64,000 nt of DNA from positions 2,208,001 to 2,272,000 of the forward strand of contig OY760686.1 of NCBI GenBank assembly GCA_963663865.1. Reading direction: 5' to 3'. This stretch comes from Spirochaetota bacterium. Lineage in GTDB: Bacteria > Spirochaetota > UBA4802 > UBA5550. A program made the position numbers and the translations under genes. Each line of letters begins with the position of its first letter. Positions within the stretch are counted from its first letter, which is position 1. Under the pieces are notes generated by a model, which was not told the DNA's origin, ran no database searches, and was given only the letters and a program-made list of their open reading frames with translations. This document shows positions 46,168 to 57,375 of the stretch, one piece after another.

Positions 46168-47772
46168 TCATTCCCCAAAACAGATAAAATCGACTCTGTT
46201 ACGCCCATTTTGCTTTGCGTCATAAAGGGCCCGGTCAGCGAGTTCAACAACTCCAGCCGGGGTAAGCCCGTCCGCGTTATAAAGAGTAACCGCCCCGATG
46301 CTAACGGTTATCCTCCCGAATAAAGCCGATTTTTCATGATTAATGCACAGTTCCTCAACGTCGCTTCTTATTTTTTCCGCAATACGCCCGGCCCCTTCCC
46401 TGCCGGTTTCCGGCAGTACAAGCATGAACTCCTCGCCTCCGTAACGGGCAGCTACATCGTAGAGCCTGGTAACCGCATTTTTTAAAACACCGCTCACACT
46501 TCTTATGCACTCATCTCCCGCGGGATGTCCGTAAGAATCATTGTACTCTTTGAAATGGTCAATATCGAGAATAATAACCGAAAGGGGTTCGCCAGACCTC
46601 TTCATTCTGTTAAACTCTGTCCTGAGCGCGTCGTCAAGATGACGCCGGTTGGAAAGCCCCGTAAGCTTGTCCGTGATAGCGTTAAGCTGAGCTTCACGCT
46701 TCTCGGCTTCAAGCTGCTGCACGAGCTGCTCTATCTTCTTCTCGGCGGCTTTTCTCTCTGTAATATCAATAACAACGCTTATTATATGCTCTTCATCCTT
46801 AATGTATATGTTCCTTGAGGATATGAGTCCAATGAGGCATTCCCCTCCCTTCACGCGGAATGGGTACTCTCTGTTCTCAAGATGTCCGCTTTCCCTGAGT
46901 TCCCTGAAAAAACTCTTTCGGTCATCATCCGAAAACCACAAAAGCTCAGATGCCTTACTGCTGCCGATAATCTCTTCACGCGTATAGCCAGTCTTTCTTA
47001 TAAATCCGTCATTAACATCTATAAAAACCCCGTCTGAAAGCCTGGACAGTATCTTAACATCAGGGCTCATGCTGAAAAGAAGCTGAAGGTTTTCACGTTC
47101 CTTATCAATCTCAGAGTTAAGCCGCTGATTCATCATTATTATGTAGCCGAAAGTCCACATTACGCTTGAGACAAGAGGGAAAATGAAGACCGCCGCCCTG
47201 TACGGTAGATCGTAGAAATTCTCGTAGCTCTCGAGTTTCGGCATGATAATGTTTATTATTGAAGCAGTGAAAAGAAGGCTTCCGAAGCACGCAAATATTG
47301 CAGCAGTAAAAAGTGCAGATGAAGAAAAACCGGAATTCCTGCCCCTGATCAGATCGGAAGATGTCATTGCAGCCACGATGGAAGTAAGAAAATAGACAAT
47401 AAAAGAACGCATCGAAATGCTTTCTGAAGCGAACAGGAAGTAATAGTACAGTGATAGAAAAACAAGAAACGCTGCCGTCAGGAGCCTTTTTCTCACCGGG
47501 AAGCCGAGAAAAGTCCGAACTGAAGCGTTGAGAAACAGCATACCGGCAAATATTATCGGGTTTGCCAGGGCCGAAAGCACCCTCCAACGCGGAAAGAAAT
47601 ACGCCATCATGATTGTAAAGCCCAGCCCCTGTAATACAGCGCCGGTCAACCATAGCCCGGAACCTGCATAGGCCTTGTTTACCCTGTGCTGTACAAATAC
47701 CGCGAATATTTGCAGCACGTAAAGAACAGCGCCTACTCCGGCAATGGTAAAAACATCCAGCCTCATCCCCAA
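46168..47772 (-). CDS. Multi-TM PAS diguanylate cyclase
   Basis: About 7 TMs, PAS, DKLTGLSNRR, RLYD I-site, RYGGEEF. Confidence 0.93.
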   Translation of the reverse strand: MGMRLDVFTIAGVGAVLYVLQIFAVFVQHRVNKAYAGSGLWLTGAVLQGLGFTIMMAYFFPRWRVLSALANPIIFAGMLFLNASVRTFLGFPVRKRLLTAAFLVFLSLYYYFLFASESISMRSFIVYFLTSIVAAMTSSDLIRGRNSGFSSSALFTAAIFACFGSLLFTASIINIIMPKLESYENFYDLPYRAAVFIFPLVSSVMWTFGYIIMMNQRLNSEIDKERENLQLLFSMSPDVKILSRLSDGVFIDVNDGFIRKTGYTREEIIGSSKASELLWFSDDDRKSFFRELRESGHLENREYPFRVKGGECLIGLISSRNIYIKDEEHIISVVIDITERKAAEKKIEQLVQQLEAEKREAQLNAITDKLTGLSNRRHLDDALRTEFNRMKRSGEPLSVIILDIDHFKEYNDSYGHPAGDECIRSVSGVLKNAVTRLYDVAARYGGEEFMLVLPETGREGAGRIAEKIRSDVEELCINHEKSALFGRITVSIGAVTLYNADGLTPAGVVELADRALYDAKQNGRNRVDFICFGE

Positions 47773-47933
47773 ACCATCCTGTGACTCTTAAACGGCAACC
47801 CGCCCGGGTTTGTTGTTATAAAAATTTTAACTTACATCACTTGTCAATGATTTAAAGCGCCCGGATTGTTATCTCAACTTTTACTCTCCGTTAGATATTG
47901 GGGCATCTAAAGATTATCTGTATAAAAATCTAA

Positions 47934-47969
47934 TTGACAAGTCACTTATTGATGTTATAGCTATAACAT
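47934..47969 (+). promoter_or_regulatory. Promoter with a perfect 18-bp palindromic operator
   Basis: TTGACA at 47934; ATGTTATAGCTATAACAT (47952-47969) covers the -10 region. Confidence 0.55.
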
Positions 47970-48017
47970 AGCGTATCTTCCCAAAAAATATAAATAACAT
48001 TAACATGAAGAGAAAAA

Positions 48018-49127
48018 ATGCAGCCATTTATAAAAATGATATTTTTTTTATTAATCCTAACTGTTTTTTCTTCAATCAACAGCTCGTACGCCACTCAAAA
48101 AAAATTCAGAATCTCTGCTTTCGTTCTTAAAGCTCCCAAAGGATCAGGTATTTTCTGGGACAAATTTAATTTTTTTTTAGAAAAGGCAGTTAATGACCTG
48201 GGTATGGAAATATTAGTTTACGATTTCCCCTTACATCAGGAAAAAATGACTAAAACTGCTATAGAATTAATTGAGATACAAAAACCGGATTGTATATTAA
48301 TAATAGCAGCTGATGATTTTGGACTACAACTTCTTGAAAAATCCGAAGAATTAAAAATTCCCTGTATTGTCGTTAATACAGGTTTTCGAAAAGAGTTAAA
48401 CGTTGGGCTTCCAAGAGAAAAATATAAATACTGGATTGGTGAAATCCTTCCAAATGATGAAGAGGCAGGCTACATCCTTGCTAAAAAGTTATTTCAAGAA
48501 GCAAAATTAAAAAGAAAGGGCATGGTCAATATGGTGGCTTTTTCAACCCACCACGGTGTGATGTCATTATGGGAAAGAGAAAAAGGTCTCTACAGGGCAC
48601 TTAATGAATATCCTGAGATAAACTTCTTACAGCTTTTTAACGCACACAACCAGGTCAGCGTAGCTAAAGATAAATTCAAATTATTAAAAACAGTACGCTA
48701 TCCTGAGACTTTTGTTGTATGGTGTACAATGGACCGCCTTGCAATAGGTATAATTGATGTATGCAGAGATATGGGTATTCGCCCAGGAAAAGATATCCTG
48801 CTTGGAGGTATTAACTGGAGCACTGAAGGACTCAATGCAGTTGAAAGCGGCGAACTTGTTGCAACAGTGGGAGGACATTACCTGGATGGAGCATGGGCCG
48901 CTGTACTTGCATATGACTATCTAAATGGAAAGGATTTTGCATCAGAAAACACCCGTTTCAGAACCAGGATGTTACTTATTTCAAAAGATAATCTTTACAA
49001 ATATAAAGATAAATTATCCAGAAATATCTGGAATAAAGTAAATTTTCTTAATTTCACAAAAACGCACACGAATTCAATAAAAGAATATAACTTCTCTGTT
49101 AAAAAACTTTTAGAGCAATTACAATGA
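48018..49127 (+). CDS. Periplasmic sugar-binding protein (type I fold)
   Basis: Signal peptide, FW, PREKYKYWIGEILPNDEEAGY.LA, GGINWS, TVGGHY. Confidence 0.85.
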   Translation: MQPFIKMIFFLLILTVFSSINSSYATQKKFRISAFVLKAPKGSGIFWDKFNFFLEKAVNDLGMEILVYDFPLHQEKMTKTAIELIEIQKPDCILIIAADDFGLQLLEKSEELKIPCIVVNTGFRKELNVGLPREKYKYWIGEILPNDEEAGYILAKKLFQEAKLKRKGMVNMVAFSTHHGVMSLWEREKGLYRALNEYPEINFLQLFNAHNQVSVAKDKFKLLKTVRYPETFVVWCTMDRLAIGIIDVCRDMGIRPGKDILLGGINWSTEGLNAVESGELVATVGGHYLDGAWAAVLAYDYLNGKDFASENTRFRTRMLLISKDNLYKYKDKLSRNIWNKVNFLNFTKTHTNSIKEYNFSVKKLLEQLQ

Positions 49128-50098
49128 AGCTGCATACTATCTTATACACATTACAAACTTTAACTACAACAGTTCTTGCTGATGCAAGAAAAAATAGAAA
49201 ACGTTCAACAATCATTATTATAGCTTTTTTCAGCCTGATCCTTCTCCTAAGTATAATTCAGAATTATCATTATAATACCTTTTTTAAAAAAGAAATGCAA
49301 AAAAGTGCTAATCAGATCGTACAATCAAGCGCTCCATTACTATGGAGTTATGACCTTACACTTGTTGAAAATAAAATAGCCTCGTTCTTAAAAAACCGCA
49401 ATATCCAAAGAATAAAAATTATGGAAAAAGGCGGACATGTTCTAATTGATTTGAATAAGGAAAATAAATCAATCGATGTAACCAAAAATAACATCTTCAC
49501 AATAACGAGCAAAGATATAGAGTATATGAAAACCAATTTTATATTATCTCTCACCTATACAACTCTTTATAAAAATAAGACCCAATCAATATTTACTTTA
49601 AGCTTCATAATTATTTCTTTTCTTTTTTGTATCTTTATGCTCAAACAGATATTGACGAAAAATAATAATAATGATAAAATTGATACCGAAGAACGATCTA
49701 GTTTTATATCGATAAAAACACAAGAAAAAGACAATATATCGTATTCTCAAAATGAACCCAGAAAACTCACTGAAGAAACAAGAGAAAAAATTGAAAAAGC
49801 TATTGAGTTTATACACGAAAATTACAAATACAATATATCAAGAGAAGGACTTGCAGCAAATCTTGATATAAATCCAGACAACCTGGGAAGATTTTTTAAA
49901 AAATATACCGGGGAAAAAATTAATGACCGGATCAATCGATTGCGAATAGAGGAAGCTGTTCGTCTTATCCAGGAAAGTGATAAAAGCATTACCGAGATCT
50001 CATATTTTGTAGGATTTGATAATGCCAGCACCTTTTATCGTTCATTTATGAAACATATGAATTTATCCCCAACTGATTTTAAAGAAAATAAAAAATAA
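49124..50098 (+). CDS. Membrane-anchored AraC-family regulator
   Basis: Two TMs around a small extracytoplasmic domain; C-terminal SREGLAA...FKKYTG...RIEEA...ITEISYFVGF...FYR.F....SP. Confidence 0.88.
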   Translation: MKLHTILYTLQTLTTTVLADARKNRKRSTIIIIAFFSLILLLSIIQNYHYNTFFKKEMQKSANQIVQSSAPLLWSYDLTLVENKIASFLKNRNIQRIKIMEKGGHVLIDLNKENKSIDVTKNNIFTITSKDIEYMKTNFILSLTYTTLYKNKTQSIFTLSFIIISFLFCIFMLKQILTKNNNNDKIDTEERSSFISIKTQEKDNISYSQNEPRKLTEETREKIEKAIEFIHENYKYNISREGLAANLDINPDNLGRFFKKYTGEKINDRINRLRIEEAVRLIQESDKSITEISYFVGFDNASTFYRSFMKHMNLSPTDFKENKK

Positions 50099-50104
50099 TA
50101 CTTT

Positions 50105-51799
50105 TTATAAAGTAAATCTATCAATACTTCTACCAAGTTTTTCTGTGGTACTTTTTAAGACATCAGCAGTGGCTGATTCTTCTTCAGAGGCAGCCAGCTG
50201 TTCTTCTGTCGATGCGCTGGCGTCGCTGCTTCTATCAGATATCTGTTCTGACAAATCATAGAGTATCTGCATTCCTTCATTTAGCTCTTTAAGTTTGAAA
50301 CTTATATGATGAACACTTTGAATTATTCCATCAAACACTCCGACTATCTTTAGATTACTTTCGCTGATAATGTCAATGGAAGATACAGATTCTTCCGCAA
50401 GTTTCCAGCTTTTTTCTAGAATCATGGATGACTTAGTAATTCTTTTTTCAATTTCAGCAGTATTCGATTGCATTGCTTCAATTTTTTTTCTTATTAACGT
50501 AGTCGCTTCTCCGGACTTTGTTGCCAGATTTCCAATTTCATCTGCTACTACAGCAAAACCTGTTCCAGATTTCCCTGCCCTTGCAGCTTCAATAGCAGCA
50601 TTTAAAGCAAGAATTTGTGTCTGTTCAGAAATATCTGTTATTGTTTTTAACGTATTACTGACTTCACAAGTTTGTTTATTCATTAATTGATTTTCTTCAA
50701 TAAAATCAATTAATTCATTATTTAAAATTGAATTATGATCAATTAACTGGTGTATAACTCTTTGGCTTTCCTGCAGATCAAAAGATGTATGCTGAACAAA
50801 ACTTGAAGTTTCCTTAACCTCCTGAATGATGTTTTCATTCATCTCAACAAACGAATCAACAAGAACCCCAAGATGCTTTAAAACATCTAACTGTTTATCT
50901 GATATTTCATTTAGTCTAACAGCTGTCTCAGCTATATTTGCAGCAGCCTTCTGACTTTCAGCTGTTGTGTAGAATAAAACATCTGAAGATTTTGCAATCT
51001 CAAGTATATTATTTTTTACTGTTATTATATGTTGCGATATATTTTTTTGCATAGTCATAAATGTTAAAATCAAATCATGAATTTCCAATTCGACTTCTCC
51101 GTCAAATCTCATTGGCCGGAGATCACCGCTGGCCATTTTGTCTGCTTCTTTCTTAATTATTTCCATTCTGTTCTTTATAAGCCTTAGAATTATGAAAGCT
51201 ATAAACATACTCAAAAGAAAAAGAATGACAATTGAAGAAGTAATAACAACTATAGTAAAAAAGAACATATTCTTCAATTCAGCACTTCTAAAAAACAACG
51301 CACTTAATTCTTCCTTAATAACAATAACAGTAAATTTATTAAAATATTTTAATGAAGAAATCATTTCTTTCATTATCAGTGAAGCTGATGAATACTTATC
51401 TTCCCGAATACTGATATCAAAAGCAACTGATTCATTTACAAATTTTTTATAGATATTATTTAAACACTCCATGTATCGTTCATCAATTCGGCCTTGATTA
51501 CTTTTCTTAATAATATGAATACCTTTTTCCATTTCTTTCATATTTTCATCATTAGAAATAGATATCCAACCTTTTTCAGATTTGTTTGATAAAAGCTTTT
51601 TCTTTTCTGCGACAATCCTTGAAGCAATATTTATCAACTCAAGTTCAATCATTATGTTATTAGTAGAATTTTTAAATACTGTGAAATTTCCGGAATATCT
51701 TGATAGAGAAAATATGCTGGTAATAATCATTCCTGAAATTATAATCAAAAATCCTAATAATACTTTAAACCTTAATGTATTAATCTTTATAAGCTTCAC
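50105..51799 (-). CDS. Methyl-accepting chemotaxis protein
   Basis: Two TMs, [36 protein letters not shown]. Confidence 0.95.
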   Translation of the reverse strand: MKLIKINTLRFKVLLGFLIIISGMIITSIFSLSRYSGNFTVFKNSTNNIMIELELINIASRIVAEKKKLLSNKSEKGWISISNDENMKEMEKGIHIIKKSNQGRIDERYMECLNNIYKKFVNESVAFDISIREDKYSSASLIMKEMISSLKYFNKFTVIVIKEELSALFFRSAELKNMFFFTIVVITSSIVILFLLSMFIAFIILRLIKNRMEIIKKEADKMASGDLRPMRFDGEVELEIHDLILTFMTMQKNISQHIITVKNNILEIAKSSDVLFYTTAESQKAAANIAETAVRLNEISDKQLDVLKHLGVLVDSFVEMNENIIQEVKETSSFVQHTSFDLQESQRVIHQLIDHNSILNNELIDFIEENQLMNKQTCEVSNTLKTITDISEQTQILALNAAIEAARAGKSGTGFAVVADEIGNLATKSGEATTLIRKKIEAMQSNTAEIEKRITKSSMILEKSWKLAEESVSSIDIISESNLKIVGVFDGIIQSVHHISFKLKELNEGMQILYDLSEQISDRSSDASASTEEQLAASEEESATADVLKSTTEKLGRSIDRFTL

Positions 51800-52824
51800 A
51801 TCCCCACCTTTTCCGATAAAGCTTCTGCAGTAATAATCTCGCCCCGAACATTATTGACGGAATTTGGCACTTTTTTTGAAATTATTTTATATAATACTTC
51901 ATAAGTTTTCTCTGCAAGTAGTGCCTGTGGTTGACGTACCGTTGCAATCATCTGACCATTCTTAATTGATTCCAGTGTTTTTGGTACAGCATCAAATCCC
52001 ACAACCTTAACCTGTTCACTCATCTTTTTTAACTCTAAATATTCCATAACGCCAAATGCCATAGTATCATTTCCACAAATTATCAGTCCTGTTCTGTTAA
52101 GATGTGGAAATTTTGAAATAATTTCATAAGCACTTTGAGCAGACCAGTCTCCATTTCTAATATCGATAATAAATAAATTGTTTGAATCGTTGACTGCATT
52201 TTTTGCCGCATTGAGTCTTAATATGGCTGCATCAGACATAATGTTTCCTGAAATAATTAGCACACCAGCTTGTTTTCTGATTTTTTTTGCTGCATAACAT
52301 ATTGATTCATATGTTGATTTATAATTATCGATTGTGACAAGAGGGACAGGTTTTAAACCTATTGAACTGGCTTTTTCTACATCAATTTTATTATAGAGCA
52401 ACACAATTGGAATGGAGGCCTCCTGGACTTGTTTTATACTTTCAAGAAGACCCTCTTTGGAAACCGGAACCAGTATTATTGCATCAATACCGGATTTTGT
52501 ATAAGCACGTAACATATCATTTTGTTCAGATAAAGCCTGTTTCTCATTAGAGGGAGATTCAATAAATAGCAAATCACCTTCTTTAATTGATTTTTTTTTA
52601 AAAGCATCTATTATACTTTCCATAAAAGGATCGCCGACAATTTTATTAATAAATACAAATGAACGTCCGCTGGAATCTGCTATTTGATGTTTTATGTTTA
52701 ATAATCTTTTATGAAGAAATAAATCAGCTTCTGTTTCACTAATACATGAAAGAGGAATCACCACGTTTATAAAAAGTAATAATACGAAATATAGTTTAAA
52801 AATATTTTTTACTCTCAAAATCAA
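51796..52824 (-). CDS. RbsB-like sugar-binding lipoprotein
   Basis: Lipobox [39 protein letters not shown]. Confidence 0.85.
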   Translation of the reverse strand: MILRVKNIFKLYFVLLLFINVVIPLSCISETEADLFLHKRLLNIKHQIADSSGRSFVFINKIVGDPFMESIIDAFKKKSIKEGDLLFIESPSNEKQALSEQNDMLRAYTKSGIDAIILVPVSKEGLLESIKQVQEASIPIVLLYNKIDVEKASSIGLKPVPLVTIDNYKSTYESICYAAKKIRKQAGVLIISGNIMSDAAILRLNAAKNAVNDSNNLFIIDIRNGDWSAQSAYEIISKFPHLNRTGLIICGNDTMAFGVMEYLELKKMSEQVKVVGFDAVPKTLESIKNGQMIATVRQPQALLAEKTYEVLYKIISKKVPNSVNNVRGEIITAEALSEKVGM

Positions 52825-52854
52825 TCATTCTCCTTGAATTCTTTATGTCTTATC

Positions 52855-52899
52855 AAAAAAATTGCAGGGTAAAAATTCTGATATAATTTTAACCCTGCA
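52855..52899 (-). terminator. Intrinsic terminator inside the leader of the RbsB-like/MCP operon
   Basis: Minus strand TGCAGGGTTAAAATT...AATTTTTACCCTGCA followed by a T-tract, about 30 nt before the start codon. Confidence 0.6.
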
Positions 52900-53152
52900 T
52901 AAAAACATTATTATTAGGAGGAGGTTTTGAGAACCATGCTAAAATTCCAAAACCCAATGTTAAATATAATTTAGCACAAGAGAGATTTAGAGACATCTGA
53001 ATAACTGACATGTCTGATTAATCTATAACTCAAATTCTGACTGTCAGGATTTGAGTGACTTATTAAGAAGTTATCTTAGTAATCTTATCTATTATTATAG
53101 AATAATAAATAATTATCAATTCTCATCGTCTTTAAATAGAAATAATCACTAT

Positions 53153-53192
53153 TTAATTCCCTTCATAAAGTATTATCAATAAAGGGAATTAA
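53153..53192 (-). terminator. Hairpin after the TRAP operon
   Basis: TTAATTCCCTT...AAGGGAATTAA 11-bp stem just after the dctM stop. Confidence 0.5.
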
Positions 53193-53203
53193 GAGTTAAT
53201 ACA

Positions 53204-54502
53204 TTAAAAACCGAATAAGCGAGGTATCCATAGACTGATTCCAGGAACGTAGGTAATAATCATCAAGGCGATAATCATGGTTATAAATAACGGCATGAGA
53301 GGTTTGATAACCTTATTAATTGATGTATTTGCGATACTGCAACCTACAAATAAAACACTTCCAACAGGCGGGGTGCAGATACCAATTGATAAATTTAAAA
53401 CCATAATAATCCCAAAGTGAACAGGATCAATCCCCAATTGAACTACTACTGGTAAAAATATAGGAGTAAAAATCAAAACCGCAGGAGTCATATCCATAAA
53501 AGTACCAACGACAAGGAGAATCAGATTTATTATCAGAAGAATAAGCACCGGATTATGAAAATATGTTAATAGGCCATGTGTTATATTTTGAGGTATATTA
53601 GCATAAGCCATAATCCAGGACATCCCCATAGACGTTCCGATTAAAAACATTACAATACTTGTAGTTGAAGCACTTTCCAGCAATATTTGTGGAATCTTCT
53701 TCAAAGGTATTTCTCGATATATTATTACAGAGAGAATAAAAGCGTAAAAAACCATGATAGCAGAAGCTTCAGTAGCCGTAAACACTCCTCCAACAATACC
53801 ACCGATAACGATAACTATCAAGAAAAGACTTGGCAATGCACGAAAAAATATTGCTACAGCATCTTTAACCGAACCTCTTTTCCCAAAAGGGTACCTCTGG
53901 TAATGAGCATAAAAGGCAATAACCATCATTAATAATACACCAACGAGCATACCCGGCAGGTATCCCGCGAGGAAAAGAGATGCTATAGATACTCCTCCAC
54001 TGGCCAGGGAATAAATAATCAGAATATTACTTGGAGGAATAATTAATCCAGTTGTAGAGGAAACAATATTAACTGCAGCGCTAAAATCTTTATCAAATCC
54101 TTCTTCTTCCATTATCGGGCCTAATGTTCCGCCGATTGCAGACGCAGCGGCAACCGCTGATCCTGAAATAGCACCAAAAAACATTGAAGAAAGAACATTA
54201 ACAATAGCAAGACCTCCCGGCAAGCGTCCAACAAGCAATTTAGCTAAATCTATAAGACGTCGGGCAAGACCTCCATGGTTCATAAACTGCCCACCCAGAA
54301 TAAAAAGTGGTATAGCCAATAAAGCAAAGCTATCCAAACCTGTAGCTATTCTTTGAGTTACTGTCGACATTGCGGGGATTAAATCAATACTGAAGAGCAT
54401 TGTTAATACAGTCGAAATTCCCATACAGAAGGAAATTGGAACACCTAAAGCGAGCAAAGAAAAAAATGAAATTACTAAAATTATCAATTCAAACAAATCC
54501 AT
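53204..54502 (-). CDS. dctM: TRAP transporter large permease
   Basis: LLAIPLFIL.G..M..GG, FGAISGSA, IIPPS, FTATEAS, TPPVG. Confidence 0.95.
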   Translation of the reverse strand: MDLFELIILVISFFSLLALGVPISFCMGISTVLTMLFSIDLIPAMSTVTQRIATGLDSFALLAIPLFILGGQFMNHGGLARRLIDLAKLLVGRLPGGLAIVNVLSSMFFGAISGSAVAAASAIGGTLGPIMEEEGFDKDFSAAVNIVSSTTGLIIPPSNILIIYSLASGGVSIASLFLAGYLPGMLVGVLLMMVIAFYAHYQRYPFGKRGSVKDAVAIFFRALPSLFLIVIVIGGIVGGVFTATEASAIMVFYAFILSVIIYREIPLKKIPQILLESASTTSIVMFLIGTSMGMSWIMAYANIPQNITHGLLTYFHNPVLILLIINLILLVVGTFMDMTPAVLIFTPIFLPVVVQLGIDPVHFGIIMVLNLSIGICTPPVGSVLFVGCSIANTSINKVIKPLMPLFITMIIALMIITYVPGISLWIPRLFGF

Positions 54503-54556
54503 AACAACTCCTTAAATTGTCTGTTTATAAAGCTGACTATCCTGCACATTGAAACG

Positions 54557-55036
54557 TCATTCATTACGCCTTTGCAGAGCCTGTTCATAGGCAAGCAGCA
54601 CAACATATAAACAGATCAATAAACCGCTAATGGGTACAACGATATAAACATAACCAAGTTGAATCCCTAAAGCAGCGGATGTTTGTTTCAGAGAGAGAGT
54701 AATATAAACCAGATTCCCACCACCACCGATTAGTACAAAAGCTGAAAACAAAAAAATAAAAATATATATAGCGTTATTTATTATTTTATTCATTTTACTT
54801 CCACAATTTTGTAAAATAATATCAATGGCAAGATGTCCTTTCTGCCCAGTCACATATGATGCACCTAAAAGTCCAACCCATATCAAAACAAAACGGGCCA
54901 ATTCCTCAGTAAATGTACTTGGATCGTTAAAAAGGTAGCGAGATATAACTTGCCAGATTACATTAATTACCATTGTGATCATTAGAAATACCAATGTTAC
55001 TTTTAATATCATATCAATTTTTTCTTTAAATATCAT
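54557..55036 (-). CDS. dctQ: TRAP transporter small permease
   Basis: QVISRY, TEELAR...W..LLGA, HLAID; 4 TMs. Confidence 0.93.
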   Translation of the reverse strand: MIFKEKIDMILKVTLVFLMITMVINVIWQVISRYLFNDPSTFTEELARFVLIWVGLLGASYVTGQKGHLAIDIILQNCGSKMNKIINNAIYIFIFLFSAFVLIGGGGNLVYITLSLKQTSAALGIQLGYVYIVVPISGLLICLYVVLLAYEQALQRRNE

Positions 55037-55040
55037 TAGT

Positions 55041-56033
55041 CTATTTCACCCCTTTTATCTGAAGGAGCAATGATCCTCCTCTTTTTTTAATATAGCTTTT
55101 ATAAATTGGTTCAATTTTTTTTATAAATGCTGCTTTGTCAGGATAAATTATCTTAACACCACTATCTTGAATTTTTTTTAATGCAAACTTAGTTTCATCT
55201 TGCCATATTTCTTTCTGATACTTAACAGAGGCATCAACTGCATCCTGAATTATTTTTTTTTCAATCTTACTCAATTTCTCCCATATTAAATGGGAAATCA
55301 AAATAACATCAGGAATTGAGGTGTGTTCATCCATTGATAAATACTTACAAACTTCATAATGTCGAGATGTATACAGTGAAGGTAAATTGTTTTCTGCGCC
55401 ATCAACAACTCCCTGTTGCAGAGATGTATAGAGTTCACCCCATGAAATTGGTGTAGCTGCTCCGCCAAGAGTGTTTACCAGAGCAATTGCCATAGCGCTT
55501 TCCTGAGTCCTTAATTTCAACCCAGTCATATCTTCTGGCGTTTGAATTAATCTTGATCGTGTATAAAAACTTCTGTTACCTGCATCATAATAACCAAGAC
55601 CCATAAGTCTGTATTTAACCAATCCATGGAGTAGATCGCGCCCAATTTCCCCTTCATAAACCTTAAATCGATGATCATCATTTCTAAAAAGATAAGGAAG
55701 AGCAAATATTTCAAACTCCGGTGCAAAGGACTCAAGTACACTTGATGAAACTTTCGTCATTCCCAGACTTCCCAACTGGAGAAGTTCCAGACATTCCCTC
55801 TGGCTGCCCAGTTGTTGGCTGGAGTAAATATCAATTTTAATTCGGCCTGTTGATTGTTTTTCAATCCTTTCAGCCATAAACACCATTGCCTTGTGAACAG
55901 GATGATTAGTATCTAAACCATGACCCAATTTGATTCGTTTTATTTTATTTGTCTCGTTGCAGTTCATAGACATCAACAATATCAATATGACAAATAATAG
56001 TATTTTAGGACTTTTAAAAATTATGCCGTTCAC
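55041..56033 (-). CDS. dctP: TRAP transporter solute-binding protein
   Basis: QLGSQRE, LPYLF, G.RSFY, GLKLR, ELYTSLQQGVVDGAENN; GTG start. Confidence 0.95.
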   Translation of the reverse strand: MNGIIFKSPKILLFVILILLMSMNCNETNKIKRIKLGHGLDTNHPVHKAMVFMAERIEKQSTGRIKIDIYSSQQLGSQRECLELLQLGSLGMTKVSSSVLESFAPEFEIFALPYLFRNDDHRFKVYEGEIGRDLLHGLVKYRLMGLGYYDAGNRSFYTRSRLIQTPEDMTGLKLRTQESAMAIALVNTLGGAATPISWGELYTSLQQGVVDGAENNLPSLYTSRHYEVCKYLSMDEHTSIPDVILISHLIWEKLSKIEKKIIQDAVDASVKYQKEIWQDETKFALKKIQDSGVKIIYPDKAAFIKKIEPIYKSYIKKRGGSLLLQIKGVK

Positions 56034-56222
56034 TGTTTTACCTCAATAATTTCAGTGATTAAACTTAACAAAATAAACTTTTTAATTTTTATATTATTAA
56101 TCTATGTTCATTTGACTCATCACGCTTAACCACATTGTATTTTTTTATAATTGCGATTAAGCTAACATATAAATTGCTGCAATCCTTCCCAATCTTTGGC
56201 AGGCCAGTTAATGAAACCTTGA

Positions 56223-56243
56223 AATATCTGACTGTCAGATATT
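56223..56243. promoter_or_regulatory. Palindromic operator between the divergent dctP and uxu operons
   Basis: AATATCTGAC-T-GTCAGATATT, perfect 10-bp arms; the core recurs at 53037. Confidence 0.65.
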
Positions 56244-56544
56244 GCAGTTGATTAGTGCAACGGACGTATATATAATATTTCAAGTGCTACATCATCATTT
56301 CTGAAAATGCTCAATACTATTTCACTGTTATTGTTTTTTCAGGCGATAGAAGTATTACTTATCAGTTTCTTTCTGAATTATTTCCAACGAAGTATTATTG
56401 GATAGTTATTGATATGTTAAAACAACTTCAACTGTCAGTAAGCTCTTACAGTTTTTAGAATTTGAACTGAATAGTAATCATATCTGAATGTTGTTGTGCA
56501 TGATAACAGATGCATCAATTAATATTACTTTAACGAGGTTGCTA

Positions 56545-57366
56545 ATGCAATATGTAGAAAAAATGTTCGGGTACCAGGGCAAAACAGTAGTGATTACAGG
56601 AGGAGCCGGCCTTATCGCTCAGCATGTAGCTGAAGGATTTCTCCAGGCTGGGGCTTCAGTTAGTCTCTGGGATATTGGCGAAGATTCTTTGCAGAAAACA
56701 CGAGAAGCTATCATTAAAAGACTGAATATCGCAGATACAAAAATTACAATTGAGTCAGTGGATTGTGGCAACAAATCAAACCTTGAAAAGGCTTTTCAGA
56801 AAACCAGAGATGCTCTGGGGGTACCAGATGTGCTGATAAACGGTGTTGGAGGCAATCGCGGATCAGTACCATTTGTTGAACAAGACATTGATCTCTTTCA
56901 AAAAGTTTTATATCTGAATCTTGTAGCGGGAATGTTAATGCCCACTCAGGTATTTGCCTCTTACTGGATAAGAACAGAACACAAAGGTGCCATAATTAAT
57001 TTCACATCTATGACAGCCTATTCTGCATGGAGCGGAGTCTGGGCCTATGGAGCAGCAAAAGCAGGTGTAATGAACCTTACAAAAGGAGCTGCCCTTGAAT
57101 TTGCGCACCAGGGAATTCGTGTAAATTCAGTTTCACCAGGGGTATTTGTGGGAAAACAGAACCATGATCTTCTTATTGTAGAAGACGAACCTCTGAAGTT
57201 AACACCCCGGGGTGAAAAAATCATATCCCGAACACCGATGGGTCGCTTTGGAGATTATAAAGAGCTTCAGGGAGCAATGCTGTACTTAGGCAGTAATAAA
57301 GCAGCCAATTTTGTTACTGGCATAGATATTCCCGTCGACGGCGGATTCCTTGTAGACAATATTTAG
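56545..57366 (+). CDS. SDR oxidoreductase, probable D-mannonate oxidoreductase (SDR-type UxuB)
   Basis: VITGGAG.I, LINGVGGN, Y.AAK, TPMGRFG, PVDGGF; first gene of the uxuA operon. Confidence 0.82.
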   Translation: MQYVEKMFGYQGKTVVITGGAGLIAQHVAEGFLQAGASVSLWDIGEDSLQKTREAIIKRLNIADTKITIESVDCGNKSNLEKAFQKTRDALGVPDVLINGVGGNRGSVPFVEQDIDLFQKVLYLNLVAGMLMPTQVFASYWIRTEHKGAIINFTSMTAYSAWSGVWAYGAAKAGVMNLTKGAALEFAHQGIRVNSVSPGVFVGKQNHDLLIVEDEPLKLTPRGEKIISRTPMGRFGDYKELQGAMLYLGSNKAANFVTGIDIPVDGGFLVDNI

Positions 57367-57375
57367 GAGAAATTA

